The position numbers and the translations under genes were made by a program. Shown here in pieces: positions 22,182 to 32,564 of a DNA stretch of 49,284 nucleotides. The notes below the pieces were generated by a model. That model was not told the DNA's origin. It saw only the letters and a program-made list of their open reading frames with translations, and made no database searches. Source of the stretch: an uncultured Anaerolinea sp. (lineage in GTDB: Bacteria; Chloroflexota; Limnocylindria; Limnocylindrales; CSP1-4); NCBI GenBank assembly GCA_964580175.1, contig CAZOJS010000250.1, positions 1-49,284 on the forward strand, in the 5' to 3' direction. Position 1 is the first letter of the stretch, and the number at the start of each line of letters is the position of its first letter.

Positions 22182-22833
22182 CACGGCCGCCGGGGCGCGT
22201 CGCGAGACATTTGCCGATCGGCGCGCCCGTCGGGCCGAGGTCGATAACCCGACCGTTGTCCTCGACGCAGCGCTCCGGTTTCTCGAGGCGCGCCAGCGCT
22301 CGATCGCCGAGGTTCGTCGACGGCTGACCATGGCCGGGTATCGGGATGACCTGGTCGCGTCCGCCATCGATCGCCTGGCCGATCTGGGGATGCTGGACGA
22401 TGCGGCCTTCGCGAGGCAATGGGTGGAGTCGCGGGATCGGGCGCGCCCGCGCGGCGAGCGTGCCCTGCGCTCTGAACTGGCACAGCGCGGCGTCGACCGG
22501 GCCGTCGTGGAGTCGGTCCTCGAGCTGCGCCGGACCCTGGCCGACGCCCAAGCCCCTGACCCTGGGTCTCAGGACGCAACGACGGCCTCGGCCGATGAAA
22601 CCGCCGCCGCTCGGCTCCTGGCCCGGCGCGGCAGATCAATTGCGCGAGTCGCCGACCTGCGTGCTCGTCGTGAGCGGGCCTACGGGCTGCTGGCCCGGAA
22701 CGGCTTCGACTCGTCGGTCGCCTCGAGGGTGGCAGCGCGCTGGGCGCTCGAGATCCAGGATCTGGCCGGTTCGGATGGTGCTGACGGGCCTGACCGGACC
22801 GACGAATCGTTCGGCGCCGTCCCGGAGCCGTGA
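22135..22833 (+). CDS. recX: Recombination regulator RecX
   Basis: RecX helical repeats ([39 protein letters not shown]). No ATG or GTG after the recA stop. TTG 22135, overlapping the recA 3' end, is the nearest canonical start, so the start is uncertain. Confidence 0.72.
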   Translation: MTRSSCPSRASPRPSSTAAGARRETFADRRARRAEVDNPTVVLDAALRFLEARQRSIAEVRRRLTMAGYRDDLVASAIDRLADLGMLDDAAFARQWVESRDRARPRGERALRSELAQRGVDRAVVESVLELRRTLADAQAPDPGSQDATTASADETAAARLLARRGRSIARVADLRARRERAYGLLARNGFDSSVASRVAARWALEIQDLAGSDGADGPDRTDESFGAVPEP

Positions 22834-23006
22834 TGAGCCGTCGGTCGGCGCGACCGCTCTGACCGGTCGGCCCGAATCGGCGCGCTCCAGTCCGTAGTAG
22901 GCTACGCGGCACGGCTTGCGCGGAGCCCGAGGAGACAGCTCCGATCCGCGTGGCCCGTTGAACGATGTCAGACGTCCGGCGGTTCGCCGCCGGATGGGAG
23001 GAACAG

Positions 23007-24527
<1,521 letters not shown>

Positions 24528-24613
24528 CGGAGTCGGGCGGCCAGGCCGGCCGTGTCCGGCTCGGAAATCCGCCGAACGGGAATGCTCCGCGACCGCCTGG
24601 GGCGTGCCGCGTC

Positions 24614-25396
24614 CTGCTGATCGGCGACGTCATCGGCAAGCCCGGCCGGCAGGCGGTCGAGGCCCTGCTGCCCGGCATCCGCGATGAGCGGGGGATCGAT
24701 TTCGTCACCGCGAATGGCGAGAACCTCGCTGGTGGCATGGGCCTCACCGCCTCGACGGCCGATGCCCTCTTCGCGCATGGCGTGGATGTAATCACGTCCG
24801 GTAACCACATCTGGGACAAGCGCGAGATCTACGAGTCGCTCGAGAAGAACGACCGGATCCTGCGGCCGCTCAACTACGGCACGCACGATGTTCCGGGCAG
24901 GGGCTGGGGGACCTACCACGCCCAGGAGGGGACCGAGGTCGCCGTCATCAACCTCCAGGGCCGAACCTTCATGCAACCGATCGACAACCCGTTCACCGAG
25001 GCCGACAGGCTGCTCGATGAATCCTCGGAGCCGCTGCCGCCAATCCGGCTCGTCGACTTCCACTGCGAGATCACGTCGGAGAAGAACGCCCTGGGCGTCT
25101 ATCTCGACGGCCGCGTCTCAGTGGTCGTCGGCACGCACACGCATGTGGTGACCGGCGATGAGCGGATCCTGCCCGGTGGAACCGCCTACCAGACGGACCT
25201 GGGAATGACCGGTCCGATCTGGAGCGTGATCGGGTTTGATCCAAGGACGGTGTTGCCGCGGTTCATCAACGCGCTTCCGACCCGATTCGCCGTCGGCGAT
25301 GGCCCGGTCATCTTCAATGCCGTTCAGGTCGACGTCGATCCGGCCACGGGGCGGGCGCTGGCCATCGAGCGGATCAGCCGGCTCCACGAAGGCTGA
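24614..25396 (+). CDS. ymdB: YmdB-family metallophosphoesterase (2',3'-cyclic-nucleotide phosphodiesterase type)
   Basis: RVLLIGDVIGKPGR, NGENLAGGMGL, SGNHIWDKRE, GTHTHV. The conserved N-terminus begins at ~24608 but no ATG, GTG or TTG is in frame there. CTG 24614 is used provisionally. Confidence 0.78.
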   Translation: MLIGDVIGKPGRQAVEALLPGIRDERGIDFVTANGENLAGGMGLTASTADALFAHGVDVITSGNHIWDKREIYESLEKNDRILRPLNYGTHDVPGRGWGTYHAQEGTEVAVINLQGRTFMQPIDNPFTEADRLLDESSEPLPPIRLVDFHCEITSEKNALGVYLDGRVSVVVGTHTHVVTGDERILPGGTAYQTDLGMTGPIWSVIGFDPRTVLPRFINALPTRFAVGDGPVIFNAVQVDVDPATGRALAIERISRLHEG

Positions 25397-25398
25397 GC

Positions 25399-26304
25399 GT
25401 GACGGCGCGTCGACGACGGCACGACCTGCCCGCCAGGTCCCCCGTCCCGGCGGCTCCCGCGACGATCGACCTTCACACGCACACCACACGTTCGGACGGT
25501 CTGCTGGAGCCGCCCGCCCTCGTCGCGGCGGTTGCGGCGACCGGCGTCCGGCTCCTCGCGATCACCGACCACGACACCCTGGCAGGCGTCCGCGAGGTGC
25601 TGGCCGCAGGCAGTCTTCCAACCGGCCTCGAGCTGCTGGCGGGGATCGAGCTCAATGCGGTGACCAACCGACCCGACCTGCAGGAAAGCGAGGTCCACAT
25701 CCTCGGTCTGGGTGTGGATCCAGACGACGATGGGCTCGAGACCACGCTGTCGCTGCAACGGGACAGGCGGCGCGTCCGGTTCGAGCTGATGGTGGCCCAG
25801 CTGGCGGCGATCGGATACCCAATCGATGACGCACTCGAAGTCCTCCCCGCGACAGGGGCGGACGATGCACTCGGTCGACCACGGGCGGCCAGGGCGATGA
25901 TCGAGAAGGGCTATGTGGGCAGCGTCGAGGAGGCCTTTGACCGATACCTTTCCCGCGGACGCCCGGGTTATGTGCCGCGCGAAGGGCTCGGTCCCATCGA
26001 GGCCATCCGGGCGATCAAGGCTGCCGGTGGCCTCGCGGCCCTCGCCCACTTCTCCGACGCCCCGAACCGGCCTGACGTGATCCACGAGCTCCAGGAGGCC
26101 GGCCTTGACGGCCTGGAGGTCTACTACCGCACGTTTGATGCACGAACCGTGGCCGCGATGATGAACTTCGCCGCCAGGACGAGGTTGGTCGCGACCGGCG
26201 GATCCGACTACCACGGCGATCGGGAAACCTACGGCGAAGCCCATGCCGGGCTGGACGTACCGCCCGAGGTCGCCGACCGCGTTCGCGCTGCGCTCGGGCG
26301 CTGA
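25399..26304 (+). CDS. PHP-domain phosphoesterase (TrpH/YciV-like)
   Basis: IDLHTHTTRSDG, LAITDHDT, GGSDYHG. GTG start 2 nt after the ymdB stop. Confidence 0.8.
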   Translation: MTARRRRHDLPARSPVPAAPATIDLHTHTTRSDGLLEPPALVAAVAATGVRLLAITDHDTLAGVREVLAAGSLPTGLELLAGIELNAVTNRPDLQESEVHILGLGVDPDDDGLETTLSLQRDRRRVRFELMVAQLAAIGYPIDDALEVLPATGADDALGRPRAARAMIEKGYVGSVEEAFDRYLSRGRPGYVPREGLGPIEAIRAIKAAGGLAALAHFSDAPNRPDVIHELQEAGLDGLEVYYRTFDARTVAAMMNFAARTRLVATGGSDYHGDRETYGEAHAGLDVPPEVADRVRAALGR

Positions 26305-26316
26305 CCCGCGGCGCGA

Positions 26317-27108
26317 TCAGTCCCTTGGCGTTGCGACGGCTTCGTCTGCTACTTGGTCGTCGACGACGATCTCCTTGAGAAACGACGGGCGCAGGTGGAC
26401 CGGCGGTTCGCGTCGGCGGAGCCGCAGGTTGAGCATCTCCACGAAGACCGAGAAGCCCATCGCGAAGTAGACGTAGCCCTTCGGGACGTGCAGATCGAGG
26501 CCGTCCGCGACGAGCGACATGCCGATCAGCAGCAGGAAGCTCAGCGCCAGCATCTTCACGGTCGGGTGGCGCGAGACGAAGGAGGCCAGCGGGCCCGCCG
26601 CCACGAGCATGACCCCGATCGCGATCACGACCGCCGCGATCATCACGAGCACCTCGTCGGCCATGCCCACGGCCGTGATCACCGAGTCGAGCGAGAACAC
26701 GACATCGAGCAACGCGATCTGGACCAGCACGGCGCCGAACGATGCGCTGCCCCTCTTCACTTCGTGGGCCTCGTCGCCCTCGAGGGTCTCGTGGATCTCC
26801 AGCGTCGCCTTGGCAAGGAGGAATAGGCCGCCGCCAATCAGGATCAGGTCCCGTCCGGACAGCTCCTGGCCCAGCACCGTGAGCAGTGGAGCCGTCAGCC
26901 CAATGACCCACGAGATGGTGACGAGCAGCAGGATTCGCATGCCCATGGCCAGGCCGAGACCGATCCTCCGCGCCCGAGCCTGCTGTTCCAGCGGCAGCTT
27001 GCCGGTCAGGATCGAGATGAACACGATGTTGTCGATCCCGAGGACGATCTCGAGGACGGTGAGCGTCAGCAGGGCTATCCAGGTCTCGGGGCTGGTGAGC
27101 AGTTCCAT
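26317..27108 (-). CDS. TerC-family integral membrane protein
   Basis: LEIVLGIDNIVFISIL, LDVVFSLDSVITAVGM, multiple TM helices. Start set at ATG 27108 (MELLTSPETW...). Confidence 0.85.
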   Translation of the reverse strand: MELLTSPETWIALLTLTVLEIVLGIDNIVFISILTGKLPLEQQARARRIGLGLAMGMRILLLVTISWVIGLTAPLLTVLGQELSGRDLILIGGGLFLLAKATLEIHETLEGDEAHEVKRGSASFGAVLVQIALLDVVFSLDSVITAVGMADEVLVMIAAVVIAIGVMLVAAGPLASFVSRHPTVKMLALSFLLLIGMSLVADGLDLHVPKGYVYFAMGFSVFVEMLNLRLRRREPPVHLRPSFLKEIVVDDQVADEAVATPRD

Positions 27109-27214
27109 GGCGACAGGGTATCGTTTGCCGGTGCTAGAAGCTCCGCGCCCACGACGGGCCACTCTCCCCATCCTCGAGATCGTGCCGCCCGCGCCGTCGG
27201 CCGCCCGCGCCGCG

Positions 27215-28783
27215 ATGTCGCCGGCCGACGTACGGCTGGGTGAGTTCCGGCCTGAGTCGCGGGCGCTGCCGCGCTTCTTCGTCTGGACGCTTGGCTGCCA
27301 GATGAACCGGAGTGATTCGGAGGAGATGGCGGGACGCCTCCTCGCGACCGGTGCCACCGAGGCGCCGACCATGGAATCGGCCGATCTCGTCGTCATCAAC
27401 ACCTGCGCGATCAGGGAGCTCGCCGAGACCAAGGTCATCGGCCGGCAGGGCCATCTGCAGCGTCTCAAGGCGGCCAATCCGTCCCTGCGCGTGGTGCTGA
27501 CGGGCTGCGCCGTTCGCGAGCGGGATCGGGATGGCCTGGAGCGCCGCTATCCGGCCGTCGACCTCTTTCTGCGCCCAGACGAGGAGCCGGAGCTGGCGGA
27601 CCGGCTTGGCTTGGTCTCGGCCCAGGCACCAGTCGGAGCCGTTGGCGCAACGACGGTCGTCGGTCGGACGGTCGTCGGCGTGGCCGATCACCTCTCGGCC
27701 ACACGCGCGTCGGCGGTCGCCGCTGGCTCCGTCCATCGAGAATCGGCCATTTCCGCCTGGATCCCGATCATCTACGGCTGCGACAAGACCTGCACCTATT
27801 GCATCGTGCCGTTCAGCCGCGGCCCAGAGCGTAGCCGGCCCTACGACGAGATCGTCAGCGAGGCGCGTGCCATAGCCGCGGCCGGCTTCCGGGAAGTCAC
27901 GCTGCTCGGGCAGAACGTGAACTCCTACGGTCACGACCTGCCGCCTGACCAGCGTTTTGGCCACATCAAGACCCAGCGCTGGGCCGGTCGGCGCCTCGAC
28001 CTCGGCTCGAAGCCGGACCTGGCGGAGTTGATCCGGGCGATCGACGGGATCCGTGCGGACGACGGCGTTCCGGCGATCCCGCGGCTTCGGTTCATCACGT
28101 CGCATCCGTGGGACCTGTCCGATCGGTTGATCGAAGCGATGGCGGACTGCCCATCCCTGTGTGAATCGCTGCATCTGCCGGTCCAGTCGGGCGACAACGA
28201 GGTCTTGCGGCGAATGGGCCGCCAGTACACCACGGAGCACTATCTCGAGCGGCTCGACCGGATTCGTGGCGCCGTACCCGGGATCACCACCAGCACCGAC
28301 GTGATCGTCGGATTCTGCGGCGAGACCGAGGCGCAGTTCGAACGCACGCTCCGATTCCTCGAGACCGTGCGCTACGACCAGGTCTTCGCGGCGGCCTACT
28401 CGGAGCGGCCGGGCACCCCGGCGACGCACCTCGCGGACGATGTTCCGGCGGCGGACAAGCGCCGCCGCCTCAATACGCTGCTCGCCGTCCAGGAACCGAT
28501 CGGCCTCGAGCGGAACCAGGGTTGGCTCGGACGCGAGGTCGAGGTGCTCGTCGAGCGCGTCGCCCGCCCCCGTACGCACGAGCACGATGACCCCGAGCCG
28601 GCGGGGGAGGGGAGTGCGCCACGCGGCGTGCAACCGCGTCCGGGCGAGGTGGCAATGTCCGGTCGGTCGCGCGGCAACAAGCTGGTTCACCTGGCGGGTC
28701 CGGCCGATTGGGTCGGACGGCTCGTCACGGTCCGCGTCGAACACGCCGGACCGTATGCACTACGAGGCACGCCGGTCGCGTGA
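27215..28783 (+). CDS. miaB: tRNA-2-methylthio-N6-dimethylallyladenosine synthase
   Basis: FVWTLGCQMN, radical SAM site CDKTCTYCIVP, C-terminal TRAM domain. Start at ATG 27215. Confidence 0.92.
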   Translation: MSPADVRLGEFRPESRALPRFFVWTLGCQMNRSDSEEMAGRLLATGATEAPTMESADLVVINTCAIRELAETKVIGRQGHLQRLKAANPSLRVVLTGCAVRERDRDGLERRYPAVDLFLRPDEEPELADRLGLVSAQAPVGAVGATTVVGRTVVGVADHLSATRASAVAAGSVHRESAISAWIPIIYGCDKTCTYCIVPFSRGPERSRPYDEIVSEARAIAAAGFREVTLLGQNVNSYGHDLPPDQRFGHIKTQRWAGRRLDLGSKPDLAELIRAIDGIRADDGVPAIPRLRFITSHPWDLSDRLIEAMADCPSLCESLHLPVQSGDNEVLRRMGRQYTTEHYLERLDRIRGAVPGITTSTDVIVGFCGETEAQFERTLRFLETVRYDQVFAAAYSERPGTPATHLADDVPAADKRRRLNTLLAVQEPIGLERNQGWLGREVEVLVERVARPRTHEHDDPEPAGEGSAPRGVQPRPGEVAMSGRSRGNKLVHLAGPADWVGRLVTVRVEHAGPYALRGTPVA

Positions 28784-29727
28784 CCGGCGCCCCGCCGCTG
28801 CTGGTCATCGCCGGTGCCACGGGTACCGGCAAGACGGGACTCGCCGTCCGCGTCGCACGGGCCCTCCAGGCCGAAGGTGTGGCCGCCGAGATCATGTCGG
28901 CCGATTCCCGGCAGGTCTTTCGCGGGTTGGACATCGCCACGGCAAAGGTCACACCTGAGCAGCGCCAGGGCATCCCGCACCATGGCCTCGATCTGGTGGA
29001 CCCGGATCAGCCGTTCAGCGTGGCCGACTTCGCGGACCACGCGAACGCGCTGCTGCCGCCGATCGCCGAGCGCGGCGGCATCGTGATCCTCGTCGGCGGA
29101 ACGGGCCTCTATCTCCGGGCCATCGCCCGTGGCCTCGATACAATCGCCCTGCCGTCCGACGCGACGGTGCGGGCGAACCTCGAAGCCGAGCTGCTGGCCG
29201 GTGGGCTCCCGGCGCTCGTCGCGCGTCTCGTGGAACTGGCCCCTCAGCGGGCTGCCGATATCGACCTGCGCAATCACCGCCGTGTCGTACGGGCGCTGGA
29301 GATTGCGACCCTCGATGGGGGAGCGGGCCCGCTGCCGGCCCCGCGCGGGTACGCAGGGCCGCTCGCGTGGATCGGTCTGACGGTCGAGGCCGCAACGCAC
29401 CGCGCCCGGCTCGGCGCCCGCGCCCGTGCGCAGTTCCACGCCGGCCTGATCGAGGAGGCGCGATCACTGCGAGAGCGCTTCGATCCCGCCTTGCCGGCCT
29501 TCAGCGCCATCGGGTATCGCGAAGCCTGGGCCGTCCTGGACGGGAAGATCGACCGCGAGGCAGCGATTGCCGGGAACGTGCAGCGCAACGTGGCCTTTGT
29601 GAAGCGCCAGCGAACCTGGTTTCGTGCGGAGCCGGACATCGCCTGGCTGGATGCCACGATCGGCACCGCGGACACGGTGGCCCTGAAGACCGCGCGGCGG
29701 CTCCTCGGCAACCTCGATCGGCGCTGA
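28780..29727 (+). CDS. miaA: tRNA dimethylallyltransferase
   Basis: P-loop GATGTGKT, SADSRQVFRGLDI. GTG start overlaps the miaB stop (GTGA). Confidence 0.92.
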   Translation: MTGAPPLLVIAGATGTGKTGLAVRVARALQAEGVAAEIMSADSRQVFRGLDIATAKVTPEQRQGIPHHGLDLVDPDQPFSVADFADHANALLPPIAERGGIVILVGGTGLYLRAIARGLDTIALPSDATVRANLEAELLAGGLPALVARLVELAPQRAADIDLRNHRRVVRALEIATLDGGAGPLPAPRGYAGPLAWIGLTVEAATHRARLGARARAQFHAGLIEEARSLRERFDPALPAFSAIGYREAWAVLDGKIDREAAIAGNVQRNVAFVKRQRTWFRAEPDIAWLDATIGTADTVALKTARRLLGNLDRR

Positions 29728-29754
29728 TGCCGCACCCCGCGTATCCTTCCGGCC

Positions 29755-31059
29755 GTGCCGAAACGTAACTCGATTGATCTGACGCCGCCTGTCGAGCGGG
29801 CATTCCTGGTCGCGGTCGACACGGGTTCGGACGCGGGCTGGACAGCGGAGGACTCGTTGGTCGAGCTTTCCCACCTCGTCACCACGGCGGGCGCCGAGGT
29901 CGTCGGGGCCGAATGGCAGAACCGACGCCACATCGACCCGAACTGGTATGTGGGCAAGGGCAAAGCCGAGGAGCTCGTGTCGGCCAGGTCGGAGACCAGC
30001 TTCAACCTCCTGGTCACGGACGACGAGCTCTCACCCTCGCAGCAGAAATCGCTCGAGTCGCTGCTCAACGTCAAAGTGATTGACCGCAGCCGGCTGATCC
30101 TTGACATCTTTGCCCAGCACGCGAAGACCCACGAAGGTCGCCTCCAGGTTGAACTGGCACAGCTCGAGTACCAGCTCCCGCGCCTGACCCGTCTGTGGAC
30201 GCACCTGTCCCGGACCGGCGGCGGTATCGGCACCCGCGGCCCTGGCGAGTCGCAGCTCGAGACGGACCGCCGCCTGATCCGCGATCGGATCAAGAAGATG
30301 AAAGCCCGCGTCGAGGAGGTCCGCCAGAACCGGGCCACCACCGCGCGAGGGCGCGATCGACGGCTGATGGCGACCGTCGGCATCGTCGGCTACACGAACG
30401 CGGGCAAGTCAACGCTCCTCAACACGCTCGTCGGGTCCGTGGTCGCGCTTGCCGAGGACAAACTGTTCGCGACGCTTGACCCGACCAGCCGTCAGGTCAA
30501 GCTCGGTGACGGTCAATCGGCGATCGTGACCGACACGGTCGGGTTCATCCACAAACTGCCGCATCAGCTGGTCGATGCCTTTCGAGCCACCCTCGAGGAG
30601 GTCAATCGAGCGGACGTGCTGCTCGAGGTCGTGGATGCCTCTGACGCCCACTTCAGGGAGCACCGGGCGACGGTGCAGGAGGTCCTCGACGACCTCGGAG
30701 CCGGCGACAAGCCCCGGCTCGTCGTGTTCAACAAGGCTGATCTGCTCGCTCCGGCTGCTGCCAATGGGAACACCCCGGCCCCGGCGATCGCCGGGAGTGT
30801 GTTCGTGTCGGCCCTGACCGGCTACGGGATGGACACCCTCAAGGGCGCGCTGTCGGCGCTATTGGCGTCGCTCTGGGTCGAGGTCGACGTGCACGTGCCC
30901 TACGCCGCCGGCGAACTGCTTGCCCGGATCCGGGAGCGCGGCACGATTGCGCTTGACTATCAGCCTCGCGACGTCCGGGTTACCGGTCGCGTTGCACCCG
31001 TGCTGGCGAACGAGCTGGAACGAGCCGCCGCTAGCTGGAGCGAAGCGCTCGAGGCGTAG
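29755..31059 (+). CDS. hflX: GTPase HflX
   Basis: HflX N-domain (QVELAQLEYQLPRL), GYTNAGKSTL, DTVGF, NKAD. Confidence 0.92.
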   Translation: MPKRNSIDLTPPVERAFLVAVDTGSDAGWTAEDSLVELSHLVTTAGAEVVGAEWQNRRHIDPNWYVGKGKAEELVSARSETSFNLLVTDDELSPSQQKSLESLLNVKVIDRSRLILDIFAQHAKTHEGRLQVELAQLEYQLPRLTRLWTHLSRTGGGIGTRGPGESQLETDRRLIRDRIKKMKARVEEVRQNRATTARGRDRRLMATVGIVGYTNAGKSTLLNTLVGSVVALAEDKLFATLDPTSRQVKLGDGQSAIVTDTVGFIHKLPHQLVDAFRATLEEVNRADVLLEVVDASDAHFREHRATVQEVLDDLGAGDKPRLVVFNKADLLAPAAANGNTPAPAIAGSVFVSALTGYGMDTLKGALSALLASLWVEVDVHVPYAAGELLARIRERGTIALDYQPRDVRVTGRVAPVLANELERAAASWSEALEA

Positions 31060-31133
31060 GGTGCAGGGACGCACACTTCCCACGGGGACGCATTGGGGAT
31101 CGCGGGTACCCTGAACTGGTACAGGTCGATGAG

Positions 31134-32117
31134 ATGGTGTCCGCTTCGGGCACCTCGGCCCGGAGTTCTCCCTTGACAGACACCATCGCACGAGATCTGC
31201 ACGACGATCTGGCCCTGCTGATCGAGCTTGAGCCCGAGGCGGCCCGCCTCTACGACCGCCACGCACGGGTCGCCGAGGAATGGTTTCCCCACGATGTCAT
31301 CCCGTACCGGCTCGGGCGCGACTTCGACAAGGAGCCCTGGACCCCTGACCAGCCGCGCCTGACCGGCGTAGCCCAAACGGCCTTTGAGGTGAACCTCCTC
31401 ACCGAGGACAACCTGCCCGCCTACCACCGGCTCATCCACGGGATGTTCGGGGCCGGCGACGGTGCCTGGATCAACTGGATCGGTCGCTGGACCGCCGAAG
31501 AGGGGCGCCATGCCATCGTCCTGCGCGACTACCTGACCGTCACCCGGAATCTCGATCCGATCGCGCTCGAGCGGGGACGGATGACGCAGCTCCAGCATGG
31601 CTACGATCGCGACACGATCGACACACTGCGCGGCCTGGCGTACGTGGCGTTCCAGGAGCTGGCGACCCGTATCTCCCACAAGAACACCGGGCGCTATTCC
31701 GACGATCCGGTCGCAAACAGGATCATGACCCGGATCGCGGCCGACGAGAACCTGCACATGGTCTTCTACCGCGACATCCTGGGCGCGGCGCTGCGGATCC
31801 AGCCGTCACGAGCCGTCCGGGCGATTGTGGCCGAGGTGCTGGCGTTCCAGATGCCTGGCCACGGCATCCCCGGGTTCCTGCGCAAGGCGGCCGCCATCGC
31901 CAAAGCGGGGATCTACGACATCCGGATCCATCGGGACGAGGTCCTGGTCCCGATCATCAACCACTGGAAGATCTTCGAGTTGACGGGCCTGGACGCCGCG
32001 GCGGAAGAGGCCCGGTGGGCCCTGGCGGCGCATCTCGCCACGCTGGAGGCAGCGGCCAAACGGTTCGAGGAGAGGCTCGCCTTGTCGACCGTCCCGAGGA
32101 TCGTACGCGCAGGCTAG
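31134..32117 (+). CDS. Acyl-ACP desaturase (soluble di-iron, DesA-type)
   Basis: NLLTEDNLPAYH, di-iron ExxH motifs EEGRHAI and DENLHM. Confidence 0.85.
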   Translation: MVSASGTSARSSPLTDTIARDLHDDLALLIELEPEAARLYDRHARVAEEWFPHDVIPYRLGRDFDKEPWTPDQPRLTGVAQTAFEVNLLTEDNLPAYHRLIHGMFGAGDGAWINWIGRWTAEEGRHAIVLRDYLTVTRNLDPIALERGRMTQLQHGYDRDTIDTLRGLAYVAFQELATRISHKNTGRYSDDPVANRIMTRIAADENLHMVFYRDILGAALRIQPSRAVRAIVAEVLAFQMPGHGIPGFLRKAAAIAKAGIYDIRIHRDEVLVPIINHWKIFELTGLDAAAEEARWALAAHLATLEAAAKRFEERLALSTVPRIVRAG

Positions 32118-32200
32118 TGCGGCGAGTCGCCCACCCCGAGGGCCCCTTCCGCCCCAATCGTGGACGAGCTGTGGACGGGACCCTCGAAATGGCCATTGAA

Positions 32201-32388
32201 TCGCGAAATGTCGTGGATAAGTGGGTATCGGACCCGGGTGGCCGCAGGGTACATTACGTCTTGCCCGGAGAGGCAACGAACCAGAACGATCAGGTCGATG
32301 CTTGCATGGACCACAGAACGCAGGGTGCTTGCACCAGGCGGGATGGATCGGGAAGGGGAGTGGTTTCTCCGGGCGTTTTCGTGTCCCC
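32201..32388 (+). repeat. Copy A of a diverged ~190-nt tandem element (candidate structured RNA or leader)
   Basis: Shares five collinear conserved blocks with copy B, located 364 bp downstream (details in findings). Lies in a 645-bp non-coding region. Confidence 0.5.
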
Positions 32389-32406
32389 GGCCGGGAGCGA
32401 CGGTCG

Positions 32407-32427
32407 AGCTGGACGCGTCCAGCTTTC
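32407..32427 (+). terminator. Perfect 18-nt palindrome AGCTGGACGCGTCCAGCT followed by TTT (terminator-like hairpin)
   Basis: 7-bp stem plus a CGCG loop, 18 nt after the end of copy A. Only three U follow, so terminator function is uncertain. Confidence 0.3.
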
Positions 32428-32564
32428 CGGGGGCAATGAGGGCCTGTCCGGGTGTGCGGACGCAGACCTCCGGGCTTGTGGTCCGCCGTGTCGATGGGCC
32501 CGGCCCGCGGGGCCCGACCCGGTCGTGGATCGGATGTGGACGAGATCCTCAATTCGGACTCGGT

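Noticed and set aside
26519-27214. N-terminal 232 codons of the 754-aa ORF that ends as miaB
   Set aside because: This part is antisense to terC and is Ser/Thr/Arg-rich. The MiaB family N-terminus (FFVWTLGCQMN) begins shortly after ATG 27215.
27109-27214. Possible yybP-ykoY (Mn2+) riboswitch in the terC leader
   Set aside because: The minus-strand leader contains GGGGAGAG and CACCGGC, reminiscent of the GGGGAGUAG and ACCGGC elements. However, only ~106 nt separate terC from the divergent miaB. The UUGACAUA and AGACC elements are missing, and I could not draw the four-helix architecture. A cmscan would settle it.
27134-28744. 536-aa ORF antisense to miaB. Similar shadows occur at 5310-6578, 14900-16315, 21360-22367, 29274-30383, 37582-38556, 38711-39895, 40273-41799 and 41613-42779.
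   Set aside because: Each overlaps a confidently identified gene on the other strand or in another frame, and none has a recognisable motif or ribosome-binding site.
31105-31122. GTACC-N7-GGTAC inverted repeat upstream of the desaturase
   Set aside because: The arms are only 5 bp, which is likely by chance. There are no supporting promoter elements.
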